Source: Eledone cirrhosa
Lineage: Eukaryota
Assembly (NCBI GenBank): GCA_964016885.1
Contig: OZ024745.1
Coordinates: 125,240,001-125,304,000, forward strand
Direction: 5' to 3'
Length of the DNA: 64,000 nucleotides
Shown piece by piece: positions 26,586 to 41,107 of this stretch; positions within the stretch are counted from its first letter, which is position 1, and every line of letters begins with the position of its first letter. Position numbers and translations under genes: made by a program. The notes under the pieces were generated by a model, which saw nothing but the letters and a program-made list of their open reading frames with translations, made no database searches and was not told the origin of the DNA.

Positions 26586-28911
26586 TATATGTACATATAC
26601 ACACACAGATAGCGAAGTCAATGTACAGAATGGTTTTCATAATGCCGACAGCCAGACATATAGAGATATTATAAAGGGGCGACATTATAGCTATGTATCT
26701 ATCTAAAAAGACAGACTAAGAAAGAGAGAGGAATGTCGTATAACCGGAAGTGTTGACATTTGAAAATTTTAAAGAAGTGAATATTTAAATAAACAATAAC
26801 ATATCTTTAATCTTTTAACGAAATTTAGTAGACAAAAATACCCTCACTTTTTTACTTGAAAAAAGTTACATCTACGGTGCAAATTTGATGATGTTTGGTC
26901 CAGCTGTTTTGTCAAAAGGTTGTTACACACATACGGCGGTCAGCTTTATTAATATAGATATATATACTCTACATATTACTGGCAGTATACAGTAATACCT
27001 GATGTTAATACAGAATGTTATGATTGAATTTAAATAATTGTGAATGTACAGTATATTGTTATTTAGAGCAAAGTATGCAATTGACCGTTCTTACCTTCTC
27101 CAACAAAAATAAATAAATAAAGCACCTTGGATGTGTGTATGAATGAACGCAGTAAGCACTATCATGTATTTTGGTTTCTATTAATTCCCTAGAGAATTGT
27201 TTGACCAAATACTTTGCTTATTGTGTATTTATTTTTTAAAAATTTTTATTCTTTGTCTAAGACTTTTTTTAAAGATGTTTTTTTAAAGCAAAGCATTGGC
27301 CCTTAAAATGCCACTGTGGGCCCCCTGGGGGCCACTTGCCATTGGGAATCCTGGCAACCTGACCAGCCCGCCATTGTGTATGTATGAATTTATGCATAAA
27401 TCGGTGTCAGTGTCTAGGTATGGCGACATGGACACAAAACCATTAGCGACAGAGGCAGTACAAAATTAACATGAATATTTTATTGATAAATGAAAATGCT
27501 ATGCTTAATATTCTATGATTCTCATTAATTTTCTTTGCATTGAATATTCGAGATTTTAGTCGCCTTGTTTATTTTGCTAATATTTAGATATCTACCGTAT
27601 CTAATTGTGTGCATGAACAGAATTATACTGGCAGCATCGGGTTGGAGTTGAACGTTGAGCAAATTAAATCTAGTTTTAAATTGCGATTTGTATTCTAATT
27701 TATCATTTTTGTGACGATGTAAAACAAAACCCCAGACAAATGTTAATACGCGTAATAAAATATATTCTATACTATTCTGTAATCTATTGTTCCATATTCA
27801 TTTCGTTTTACCATCACCTTCTAGTTTGTTAAAATATTGATTTCTTACATTGGTACAATGCAACACAGCGACATGATGTTTAGCGTCAATTCAATCAATA
27901 ACTATACCTTCACTGATACATACTTTATCGATTATGTTGTCACTTCAGGAGAGAGGATATTAAGAAATAAAACAACTAGATTCATCTTTTATACATTTAA
28001 AACGCGAGAATCTGAAGTTATTCTTCGTCGATAAAAGTAATAGATTAGTCCAAAGGGCGGTGAAAATGTTTACGTCAAGAAAGACAAGCGAAATCTAGTG
28101 TTATGGTCAGACAATATCGGAGGAGATTAAAACATATCAAATAGTTTTGAAGGTTAAATGTTTTTAAATACATGTGTTATATCATAATGACAAGAGAGGG
28201 AATAAACAAATAAAGAGAAAGGGAAAACGTAGAAGATATATGATGGGCCGGTATAATCATGTGGACGAAATATCTCAGCTGTACGCAGCAAAAATTATGG
28301 AAAAACATTACCGAGGAAAAACATCAGCCTTTCTACATAATCAAGCGCCTTCAGCAGGTGTGATGTACTTTCCTGATTACCTGGAAGAAACAGCCGTCCG
28401 AATTTGAGGACATCGAATCTCAAAAGAATAATTGTGTTCAATGAAGATGACATAATAGATAAGGAATGGATAAGAAATGAAATAGAGAACAACATTTATA
28501 AATCTTCAGTACATATGAAAATGTTAAAAATATATAAAACCACAAACGCATACCATACACACAGGAAAACGCATACATATCTGTGTGGGTGTGTATGTAT
28601 GTGTGTGTGGATGTGTGCGTGTGTGTGTGCGTATGTGTGTGTGTGTATGTACATATATGTGTTCACATTTGTCCATGTCATAATTTAATGCTTCAAAAAA
28701 ATAAAAATAAATAGATATAATAGGTAGAAGTGTTAATTAGAGAAAAAGTAGGGACTGAGGTCTACAAAATCGACTAAAACCCATCAAGTCGGGGCCACGG
28801 CATGGTTAATTTCTATTGGTTAAGACAAGCAAAAGGACATACTTATAGGCATACGCATGCACATGCATGTTTTTATATTGAGAGAGAAACTTGGTGGTGT
28901 TTATATTTACA

Positions 28912-29636
<725 letters not shown>

Positions 29637-29806
29637 ATATATATATATATAAATTAGGTAGTAATATGTGATTACACCGTATTTTAACTAAGTAGAATTA
29701 GTCTGTTAGTTGGGACTTTAAAAAAAAACTCTGAATGTAGAAAAGGATGAGTATTGACGTGCATGTGACACGTGATTTGTAAGGAAACTCTTAAGGTTTT
29801 TAATGT

Positions 29807-29886
<80 letters not shown>

Positions 29887-30475
29887 TTAATATACATATA
29901 TATTTATTTAATATAGAAATGGCTTCTACAGGACTAGAACTGGTTCATTCAGGAGAAATCATGGTTTCCTGATATATTTAATAATATATATAATATATAT
30001 TATACTAATATAGTTACCAAACATTCAGACAAATAGAAACTTTATACTTCTAAGTATACCTCGACACTCCGTTATATATGTGAAACAAGCACGGAAAAAT
30101 CCTAAAAATTGTTTCCAATTGTGCATTGTAGCATCGGGCTTTCAGTATTCAATATACAATGAGCTTCCTATTTTTATTAAGTACCCCCAGCTAGTAAATC
30201 ATTGCCAGATAAAGTCTATGTATTACAAACATTTCTCACTTTTACTTTTATATTGATTTATTTTCAAATGGTCGAAAAACAATTAGAAAGATATTTCTGT
30301 GCATTAACTGTGGATATATTTGTTGTTTTTGCTGCTATCGAGCCTCAGAAATAAATGCGTTTGTTTATATTTTGTTTTGTGTATGCAAAAATATCTGCGC
30401 ACGAATAAAATAATTATATATATATATATATATATATGTATATTATATATATATATGTATATGCATATATATATA

Positions 30476-30579
<104 letters not shown>

Positions 30580-30758
30580 GAAAAAGAAAAATCAGTGATG
30601 CATCTGAACTCAATTTATTGTGTGTTACAATTGTTTCGCCGGCGTACAGCTCGAGACGTGATCACTGTGTGAAACTGTTGTCCACAACATCAATATATAT
30701 GTATCTGTTTGATTCTTCAGTTGAATAGGAGGTTAATTATATGTACAAACATTGATAA

Positions 30759-30805
30759 TGCTCCGAGGACACCAAGCTTAAGTTTGGAAGAAACAATTGT
30801 CAGCG
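30759..30805 (+). ncRNA. Hammerhead-like motif, C4 variant (family of 4940)
   Basis: tgct-CCGAGGA-ca ccaagct ta agtttgg aa-GAA-acaattgt-C-agcg. It shares the tail aaatgatttaaac..aactttgat, then (TA)n. Confidence 0.55.
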
Positions 30806-30844
30806 ATTAAATGATTTAAACATAACTTTGATACTTATGTAATC

Positions 30845-31161
<317 letters not shown>

Positions 31162-31257
31162 CATATATATATATATATGCATATGTGTTTGTTTCTATAT
31201 ATATTGTTATATTTGGGGAGGGTCATATTGTTATAATGTTGCCAGAAATAATAATTA

Positions 31258-31375
31258 TTTCTACTTTTGGCACAAGGCCAGCAATTAACCCAGTGCATTA
31301 CTGGTACTTTATTTTATCGACCCGTAATGATGAAAGGCAAAGTTAACCTCAGCGAGATTTGAACTCAGACCGTAA
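31258..31375 (-). mobile_element. SINE, 5'-truncated
   Basis: Matches the 3' half of the consensus. Confidence 0.85.
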
Positions 31376-31864
31376 ACACACTCATTGTTTGGTTTTGATT
31401 GGTTTTCGCTTCAGTATATTTGATATCCCTATAGTTAATTTAGCTGGCAATCAATGTTTATCTTTGTTCACTAGTATGTATTTAAGTGTGGTTGTTGTTA
31501 TTGTACCTGTGTATATTTATTTATATTTATCTTAGTATTATGTGTTTGTTTATGGTTGTTGTTGTTGTTGTTGTTATTCCATTCATGTTTTCTTTTCAAC
31601 TTCGGTTTTCTTAATATCATTTCAGTTGCTTCTCTGGTTTGGCTGCCTGTGGAGTCATTTCTATGTTTAGATATTATTTTAATTCCTATTATGACTATAT
31701 TACCATCATTTCTTCGCCTGACTTTTCATATAGACCGAACCGTCTTTTTGTCCTTAGTTCACCGCCTGGATTGATCTATTCTCTCCACTATGCCCTGAGC
31801 TGTCTGTGAGCATTGAGGAGAGAACACATCAGAATGGATGCAGTAAAATCCAGTTAAGACTATT

Positions 31865-32012
31865 ACTTACCAGAGTGCTCGACACTTTTAGCAGTAGAGT
31901 GGGTAATATAAAAAATTCAGGACCCCGACGGCTGAGCTCCTGCCGTGTCAACAGCTGGAATCCAGCTGTTGAAACGGCAGGAGCCCGGCCATCCGCATCC
32001 CGATTTTTTTCA
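31865..32012 (-). mobile_element. Diverged fold-back member of the gaccccgacggc family
   Basis: Tail-like cagagtgctc...gtagagtgggtaata, then the hairpin ggctgagctcctgccgtgtcaacagctgga a tccagctgttgaaacggcaggagcccggcc. Confidence 0.7.
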
Positions 32013-32062
32013 TATATATATGTATGTAAATATATATATATATATATTCAGATACATACATG

Positions 32063-32156
<94 letters not shown>

Positions 32157-32357
32157 TATGTATACTTACATACATATATGTATACAGACGCACAGTAGTA
32201 TGTATATCCATACAGGCACACACATATATATATGTACGCATGGGTTTACCGAACATTTATTATAGAACTCGGTTTGTTTGTAAATAAACAACCCGAATTA
32301 TTAGCCGTACAGTGTTCGGCAACCATCGTTGCCATTTTGTTCAACACTGAGAAAAGA

Positions 32358-32400
32358 ACGATGTAGTAGTTTCTAGCTTATTAGCTGTCATCACCACCGT
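32358..32400 (-). ncRNA. Hammerhead motif, mutated copy (G3)
   Basis: acggtg-GTGATGA-cagc taataa gcta-GAA-actact-A-catcgt. Confidence 0.55.
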
Positions 32401-32819
32401 ATACCTTCCTGTCAGTTGATTGAACGCTTGAAAGTATATACTTTCCTTATGCATATTAACGGCTGAGCAGCCTAATTTGCATATCGAGTGAGTTAGTCGG
32501 CCGGGCATACCGAAAACGATAAATGAAAAAAAATAAGGTTTGTCTACAATCAAACCGAGCATTGTAATAAATGTTCGGTAAACCCATATATATACATACT
32601 ACTGTACGTCTGTATACATATATGTATGTACGTATACATACTTATATATAAGTATCAGCCGTACTAAGAGTGAGAAATGAAAGTTCATTTTTTCCATTTA
32701 TCGTTGTCGGTATGCCCGGCCGACTAACTCACTCGATATGCAAATTAGGCTGCTCAGCCGTTAATATGCATAAGGAAAGTATATACTTTCAAACGTCCAA
32801 TCAACTGACAGGAAGGTAT

Positions 32820-32862
32820 ACGGTACTGATGATAGCCAATAAGCTAGAAACTAGTTCATCGA
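32820..32862 (+). ncRNA. Hammerhead motif with a canonical core
   Basis: acggta-CTGATGA-tagc caataa gcta-GAA-actagt-T-catcg, with a palindromic helix III. Confidence 0.7.
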
Positions 32863-33128
32863 TCCTTTGTCAGTGTTGAACAAAATGGCAACGATGGTTG
32901 CCGAACACTGTACGGCTTAATTCGGGCTGTTGCTTTACAAATAAACCGAGCATTATAATAAATGTTAGGTAAACCCATACGCACATATATATATATATAT
33001 ATGTGTGTGTATATATATATATATATAAATGATTATAATATAAATTATTCCTAACAAGCTCATATGTCCCAAGGCTCTGATACCTTCAACACTATAAACA
33101 CAGAGCTGGCATATTTAAGAACTGACTA

Positions 33129-33184
33129 ACTGCGTGATGAGGCCATAGCCATTCAATGGCTATCATCGAAATATATATAGCAGT
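33129..33184 (+). ncRNA. Hammerhead motif, G3-mutated (family of 63596)
   Basis: actgc-GTGATGA-ggcc atagccatt c aatggctat catc-GAA-atatatat-A-gcagt, then aaataaa, ~40 nt and (TA)n. Confidence 0.6.
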
Positions 33185-33229
33185 AAATAAAGGATTATGA
33201 GTTCATGCAATTGACTGATGTTTCGTCAC

Positions 33230-33288
<59 letters not shown>

Positions 33289-33290
33289 TA

Positions 33291-33344
<54 letters not shown>

Positions 33345-33347
<3 letters not shown>

Positions 33348-34483
33348 GAGGCGTATCTGAACCCACCCATAAGTTATCCCACCGGACTCGTAATAGCAAA
33401 TATAATACCTCTAGGAGACAAGTCGAGCCCCCTGTGCGCTCACGCATTGGTGTTGGTTTGGCTGGATCTTATTCTAGTAATGTTGCTCCTACTGATCCTA
33501 TCATTGGCCTTAATCCTCTTGTAGGGATTCTGGACAACAGCGGATATACTGGAGGTAGAAACTATAATAGGCATAACGAAATTATGGCTGATTCTATGAA
33601 TGTGGCTTCAACTATTCCCGATAGTAACCCTAGTCTCGACGGTGGGACATTTGATAGAGGTAGGGTCGATAAGAATAAAAATAAAAATAGAAGGCGATTA
33701 AATACTTATTTCAACCCGCCATATAATCAGGATGTATCAACTAATATCCCTAGGTCTTTCTTTACTATCTTAGAGAAAAATTTACCCCCTTCTCACAAAT
33801 ACCATGGTATTTTTAATAAAAATGTTATTAAACTCTCATTCTCTACCACCCCTAATATTAGTTCTCATTTAGCTAGCACTAATAATAGGAAAATTAGGGA
33901 TGGATTCTCCTCTCTACATACTACTAGTCTGAATGCATCGGACAATGCTTTACCACCAGAACAGTCCTTATCTAATAGAGGTCCTACGTGTAATACATCA
34001 CCGCTCGAGCCAACCAATAACACCCGGAAGTGCAATTGTAGAGTGAGTGCTAACTGCCCTCTAAACGGTAACTGCCTTTCTAAGAACATTGTCTATGCTT
34101 GCGAGGTTATAATTAATTCCTCTAAAAGAACGTATATAGGATCTACTTCAAACACTTTTAAGACTAGGTTTAACTCCCATATCTCTAACTTCAAACATGT
34201 TAGGTTTAAGAATTCTACCTCTCTAGCGCATTATATCTGGGATCTTAAGGGAGCTTATATACCATATAGCCTTAACTAGAGTTTAGTAGCACGATCTAAC
34301 CACCTTTCTGCACATAGTAAGTTTTGTAATCTCTGTATACTTGAGACACACTCTATTATTTCCTCTAGCGTACCCTTACTGAATAGAAAGTCTGAGATAT
34401 TCTCTTCTTGCCCCCATGCCATTTCTAATTCTTATTTTTATTATAAACCCAAATGTTCTAGTACTACAAATTGTACCCATTAG
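33345..34483 (+). pseudogene. Penelope-like ORF C-terminal half (linker/thumb, Zn-knuckle, GIY-YIG) with one premature stop
   Basis: YFNPPYNQDVSTNI...HKYHGIFNKNVIKLSFSTTPN...CNCRVSANCPLNGNCLSKNIVYACEV...TYIGSTSNTFKTRFNSH...TSLAHYIWDLK. The TAG at 34277 is probably a mutated Trp codon. The frame then continues CNLCILE...LLNRKSEIFSSCPH to a stop at 34481-34483. Confidence 0.9.
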
Positions 34484-36132
34484 CAGATATATTCCATTAC
34501 TTAGTTTTTTGTTTGGGTTCTTTTGTTTGCCAACATTAATGTTATCATTGGTTTTTGATGACTCTTCATTCTAGCTCTCATAATCATTTGGCCACTGTAC
34601 CATATCTATGTCTTCACTATTACACCTTGTTAGTATACATAAGATTACACACTTTACGCCACTTACGTTATTCTATTATTATCTTTATATTTTTTTTTTA
34701 TTATTATTAACTTTAATTTTAATTTTAATTTTATTTTTATTTTTAATTCTATTTTTATTTCTAAGTCTATTCTGATTTATCTATCGACAACCCCCCCCCC
34801 CCTTTCTCCCCCCCCCCACGCACACATAAACTTATTGTCAACCCCTCCAGATTGAATATGATTATATTTAACCCCCCCCTCTTTTGTGCTCCGTTCTATT
34901 ATTTATTATAGTATATCGAATATATTTTATGCCACTTCGCACCCTCCATATATTTTGTCAATTCTGTCCCCATTAGCCTACCTTAACTCTACTTAAGTCA
35001 GTTTTTTAGATATCGTTGCGTATATGATAGTATAGTTTTATTCCTTTTTGTAAACATTTGTAACGATACATTAAAGTTTATATACTTTAATGACTTAAAC
35101 TACAGCTAATATTATACTACCTTATTGGACGGGTTCGATATTTTTAATATTAATTTATCAGATAGGGTTTGGAGTCATTTAAAATGATCGCTTTCCTTGG
35201 TGTTTACCTAATTTCTTAAATACACGCGAGGCCTAAATGTGTATACATTTGCTTTTGTTTTGTAATTTCCGGTTGATTGTATTTATTTGTTTTATTCTAT
35301 ATTCTATTTACTATTCACTGTCTGGCTTCGCTCACTCATCCACATATGTCTGTCTACTAACCTTGTAATTATAAGTATTTATATATTTTATGCCAATTTT
35401 AAAATATATTATATTATATTGTATGTAATATAGATCCTTATTGCTTACCGTTCATTGTATGTAACATTATGATATTTAAACTTTATATATCATGTAAGAT
35501 GTCTGGATTTTTTTAATATTGTAATATGTAACATTATGATATTTAGACTTTACATATCATGTTAGATGTCTGTATATTTTTTTCTGTAACATCATATTTT
35601 TTTCTGTAACATCATAATTTTTCCCTGTACCATTATAGTTTTTTTTAGTATTATATGATTTATATTTCCTCATTTATTATGTAACCCAGTATGAATCAAT
35701 TTGTATATAGTGTTTATGGTACATGTTAATATACTGTTAACATTTTATCATTGTATTTCATTGTGATATTGTTTCTGTAAATTAACCGGGGATTATCTAT
35801 TCTATTTTATTATATTATATTGAATTATATTATTTTGTTGTTTATTATTTGTTATATGTGTTTCTTGTAATTATATCATATTATTGCCTCATGTATATTG
35901 GGTAGATGTATTAGTATTATTTTCACTATTACCATGCTTATTTTTAATATTCAAACTTCTAATAGGGCTTAATTTCTGTGTAGTCGAACATAGATATGTG
36001 CATTGTTATATGTGTGTGTGTGTGTGTGTGTGCGCACATATATACATGTATATATTGTACCTTTTGATTTTTAATTTGGAATTTTAATGTTGGTAAAAGT
36101 ATATTATTATTATAATGTATTATAATAATAAT

Positions 36133-36318
36133 AGGGCGGTGAATTGGCAGTATCGGTAGAGGGTTGGACGCCATGCTTTCTAGCATAGTTACGTCCCTTT
36201 ACAGTCTGAGTTCAAATCCCGCCGAGGTTAACTTTGCTTTTCATCCTTACGGGGTCGATAAAATAAAGTACCAGTAATACACTGGGTAATTGCTGGCCTT
36301 GTGCCTAACGTAGAAACA
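36133..36318 (+). mobile_element. tRNA-derived SINE inserted in the Penelope-like 3' region
   Basis: Full match to the window consensus. Confidence 0.9.
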
Positions 36319-36580
36319 ATTATAATGTATTATATTGTGTTATATATAATTCCTGCTCTATATAACCAAATTTGTTTAGATTTAGGTTGGTGGCTTTGGA
36401 CTATATTTGTAATATGGTTCTTAATGTTATCTACATCCTTAGTTATTATATATTTTTATTATTTTTATCTTTATTTTCATTTTTATTATCGTATATCTTT
36501 GTAAGACATTAGTGTATGTACACTCCATATTCTTCAGAGTTTCTGGCTTGTATCTGCCGATATTACCTCTTGTTGTTTTG

Positions 36581-36625
36581 ATTGCCCTGATGAGTCCTTA
36601 ATAGGACGAAACATTGTCGGCTAAT
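36581..36625 (+). ncRNA. Canonical minimal type I hammerhead ribozyme
   Basis: gcc-CTGATGA-gtcct taat aggac-GAA-acattgt-C-ggc followed by aataaa, with the GUC cleavage site after 36618. Confidence 0.9.
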
Positions 36626-36768
36626 AAAAACTTTTTTTGTATTAAAGGATTCTTTGTTTTACTCTCTTAATTTTTTGGCTCTGTTTAACTGCATTGAGCT
36701 ATACCTTTTACTGTCATTTCTATAATACGAAGAGGGTGTTTGACTCAAACACGCTCCAGTATTCTAAT

Positions 36769-36815
<47 letters not shown>

Positions 36816-37265
36816 ATATACCCCATGTATTTGTATACAAATATCGTGCCAGGTTTTTAAACATACACTTATATATAGGCAATTCAGTGGTTATTTGTTT
36901 TATTCTATACTAAATAGTAAATTTGATTTTCTTTGCACAAGAATTATGTGTTTATCTCTTATATTTGCCAGATTAGTTGGAATATGACCTTTCTGTGTAT
37001 ATATATGTCTGACTTTAAAGATTTTAATACATGCGGTAGACATTTTTACAATTCAGTCCAAACAACAATCTGAAACTAAACTTTAAATTCTCATTTACAT
37101 TAACGTCTTTGTATATATAATGTTTTATATGTATATAAGTATATAAGTTTTTACTTATGTATGTATACATATATTTATGTATGTATGTATCTATGTATCT
37201 AAGTATATATATATATACATATAGAAAAAAAGATGAAATCGAAAATGCAACTGGAGTATATATAC

Positions 37266-37367
<102 letters not shown>

Positions 37368-37673
37368 CGAGAGAGAGAGAGAGAGAATGAATATATGTAT
37401 GTAAAGACAGAGAGTAAGAAAGAGAAAGAGAAGTAGTAAAGATGTAATCATTTCGAAGCAAACATATCGCGAGCAAATCAGTAGTAGAGTTTGACATAGC
37501 AGGTGCTTTTGAAATGGCAACACATTAAATATTAAAAGCAACTATTGCATAAAATGTTTAATGCCAGATTCTGACCTTTCACATTGGCTGGGATGCGATT
37601 TTAGTTGTACTGCGGAGATGATTAAGCTTGTATTATACACAATTATCACATTCACTCATCAATCGAAACTCAC

Positions 37674-37705
37674 CTTAGGCAAGACAATGAGGGCTGACAG
37701 GTGTT
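37674..37705 (-). other. Candidate 32-nt exon of a host gene
   Basis: ttatttaacag|AACACC...CCTAAG|gtgagt, followed by a 64-nt intron-like gap ending in ctccgcag at 37610. Confidence 0.35.
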
Positions 37706-38366
37706 CTGTTAAATAAGACTCAGATATAGCAAATATATTAGCAACTAAAATGTTCAATTTTTTAACTTAATCTTTTCGTGGACAACATACACAAAACGAA
37801 AGTTATATTAGTTTATTATTCTCGTGTATAAAATAACTTTATTTTGCATTTCTGTTACTGTGGCTAGCTATCTGTTACATTATCCTTTAGAGCAGAAATG
37901 CCTATTACTATTTTTAAAATACAAGCAATAAACAAAGGTTGATTTCATTTGCAAAATAACTATACCCAGTGATACACGCTACTGTGGGAAAAGGAAAGCA
38001 ATTGGTATAGGTTTTCACTCACATATAGACACTCACATATGAATATATATATATATATAAAGATAAAAATACATAAACACATGCCTACACACACACTCAC
38101 ACACACACACGCACACGTATATGAGTGAGTTTGTTTTGAAACAGCGTGCGAGTTTGAAGTTAGAAATAGAAGCTTTCGCCACATTTTTGACTGAAGAAAC
38201 TTTATGCTGATAGCGGGTTTATTTAGAAACCTATAAGAAATGGAAAAAAGATGTGTATTGACATATAGTAATCTTTTTTCTATTTCTAAGAGGTTTCTAA
38301 ATTCCACTATCAGGATAATATATGGTTATAAAAGAATAAAAGAATTATATTTATATATATATATAT

Positions 38367-38760
38367 ATTGTTATACTTTGGAAGGGTTATGTTGCCAATA
38401 AGAAACACACGCACCAGTTGCTTTCACTTCAATTTATTATAATAAATTTATAAATTTAGGAATTTGTGACACAAAAACAAGATGGCGTAGGACAGAACAA
38501 AGGAGAGGCACAAAAAAAGAGGTCACAGAATGTGTAACGAAAGAACTTTGACAATATATAAACAACCATCTGGTTGTGGAACCAACCAACCGGAAATTTA
38601 TAAATTCCTAAATTTATAAATTTATTATAATAAATTGAAGTGAAACAACTGGTGCGTGTGTTTCTTATTGGCAACATGACCCTCCCAAAGTATAACAATA
38701 TCGGTTTCAACACACTTTTTCAGATAAAGAATCTTTCTAAACAAATTCAGAAACGAAATA
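38367..38760 (+). mobile_element. Fold-back element with ~100-bp inverted repeats and a ~58-nt 3' tail, in (TA)n
   Basis: 38367-38465 pairs with 38602-38700. The terminal motif gaccctcccaaagtataacaata recurs at ~5661 and, inverted, at ~31203. Confidence 0.8.
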
Positions 38761-39474
38761 TATATATATATATATACATGAAAAATTAATTCTTACAGAG
38801 AGTGATAGTGTAAAGAATGTAAAATACTTTGACCCGGCTACTAGTTTCATTGTTTATAGTGTAACGTATTAAACGCGATGTGCAAAAGGTTCATATTCAA
38901 TACAATATGAGGTCATTGACAGTTGCTATGCAACAGATTAATGATACTTTCATAATAGTAAGGATATTAAAATTATTTTATTAACTTCAAATCAATATTC
39001 TCCGACATATTGTTAAGCTTCTTTTTATGCTAAAAGAATGACTTTAAAAACTGAAGGTCAAATCTAGCTGCCATAGTTCCTCTCGATGACCTTTATATGA
39101 GATAGGAATCCATTCAAAGAGCTGCTCACTGATACTCGAAAATGGTGCATTATTTTCAGATATTTACAGCAAATCGGGGGAAAAGGGTAAAACTATAAAA
39201 ATAAAACTTACTATAGCAACGTGTTTGTAACATGTAATTAAAATAAACTTAGTGATTATCCTAATATAGGCAGAACTCGAATATTACATTATTCGTTAAA
39301 ACAAGATTCACATTCATCACCTACTTTTTCTAGGAAAGCTTTATAATGTGATACGTTCCCTCCAGCTACCACTTCTAAAAGCATCTTCCTGCATCAATCA
39401 CTTTCGTGACGCATCAAATGTTATGTTATTGCTCCATAGATCTCGAGGCCTTCCACTAACTTTTCTGCCATTTA

Positions 39475-39985
39475 TCTCCGAGGAATCAGAAATCTGGTAA
39501 AATCTAAGGAAAATCTGGTAAAATCCGAGGAAAATCTGGAAAAATACGAGGGATTAGGAATCAGGGAAAATACGACGATAATCGGAAAAAATTCGAGGAA
39601 TCGGGAATATGAGAAAATTCCAGGATTTGGGAAACGTGGAAAATCCATCGAAAATCTAGGAAAATACAAGGAAAATCGGGGAAACCCGAAGATTTTGAAA
39701 TCTGGGAAAACTCGAAGATCTGGAAAATCCGGGGAAAATCAGAGAAAGTCGAGGAAAATCCGAGGATTCCGGAATCTGGAAAAAATCCGATGAAATCGGG
39801 GGGAAACCGAGGAAAATCTGGGAATATCCGAGGATTGGGAATCTTAAAAATTCGAGGGGAATACGAGAAAATCGGGGAAAACCGAGGAAAATCGTGGAAA
39901 TCCGATGATTAAGATATCTAGAAAAATTCGAGGAAAATCTGGGAAAATCTGGGAAAAACTGGGAAAATCCGAGATTAGGGAATTA
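39475..39985. repeat. Degenerate short-period GA-rich tandem repeat (ggaaaatc(c/t)g-like, ~10-11 nt)
   Basis: Directly visible. It continues at 40320-40485. Confidence 0.85.
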
Positions 39986-40636
39986 GGTGGTTTCGGGGTT
40001 CGCTATTCGTGGTTATACTATACATATATATTTATATATATAGTATACCCTTGTATTCGTGGTTCGTTATTCGTGTTTATTCGCGGATTTTCCCTTATAA
40101 TCTAATAATCTGCTGTTTATATAGAATGTACCCCCGCATATTAACGGTCGCCGTTCTTTTGTATATAGAAAATTTGAACCTAACTACTAATCTGTTGTAT
40201 TTAGAGAGTGCATCCCCACGTTTTTCTCAGATTTTCTTACAACCTAACTAATACTCTGTTGTATATATATTTAGAAAGTACCGATTTTCCCTGAGAACAT
40301 AACTATTAATCTGTTGGGAGAAAAATATGGGAAAATTTGAGGAAGCGTAAATTTTGGAAATTCCGTGGAAAATATGATAAAATCTGTGAAATTGGGAATG
40401 TGGAAAATCCGAGGAAAATTTGGGGAAATCCTAGTTTAGAGTGTTCAAGCTGTTTCGGGGGTTTATGTGGTTTCGGGCGTTTAGGCAAAATGGTGGATGA
40501 GAATGACAAAGCAATTCAAATCCAAGAAACTGTATACTACAATTACAGATCACAATAAAAAGCTCTCTTTCAATTGATGGATCTATCCCCCCAAACGAAA
40601 TTTCATCTATCAAGGAAACGGAAAATGCATCCAAGT

Positions 40637-40768
40637 GTGTCGTTGGTACTTTATTTTATCGACTCCATAAGGATGAAAGGCAAAGCCAACCTCTGCGATA
40701 CTTGACCTCAAAATGTAAAAGGTCGCACCTCTATGCCGGAAAGCATGTGTCCGTTTCTCTACCGATAC
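40637..40768 (-). mobile_element. Diverged SINE
   Basis: ggtactttattttatcgac...ggatgaaaggcaaag...ctctaccgatact. Confidence 0.75.
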
Positions 40769-41107
40769 TTTAAAATGGCTAAATTAGATGTTAAAAAGCT
40801 TGTTGTGTGGGACAAATATTTCATAGAAACTATGATGTGAGATGGATGGCATTATAAAATGCCAAAAGTAGAAACAATTATAAAATAAAAGCAAAGTGAA
40901 CTAGAAACAACTATAGATACATCATACAAGTGATACCTATAACAACGTTTTCCAATTATTTAAGCACTATTCCATGCAACCTGTCCGCCGCCTTTATAAT
41001 TTTGCCTACTTACCATATTAAACAATAAGAAACGTTTATATATTAAATAAAGAAACAAACATAAGGGAATTAGGCCAACCACAGATTTGTAAATATTAAT
41101 TTAATGA

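Larger units (their letters stand above)
32150..32990. mobile_element. Two inverted copies of a ~300-450-bp HHR-bearing element, the left copy with its own inverted termini
   Basis: 32240-32530 is the reverse complement of 32690-32980, and 32240-32285 also pairs with 32540-32587. A deleted relative lies at 63190-63325. Confidence 0.8.
33345..36771 (+). mobile_element. 5'-truncated Penelope-like element: ORF remnant, ~2.1-kb T-rich 3' region, terminal HHR, bounded by (TA)n
   Basis: Begins right after a TA tract, ends ~150 nt after the HHR at a TA tract, and contains a SINE insertion. Confidence 0.7.

Noticed and set aside
38832-38856. gaa-actagt-a-gccggg half motif on the minus strand
   Set aside because: No matching core or helix I strand was found upstream, so it is not counted as an HHR.
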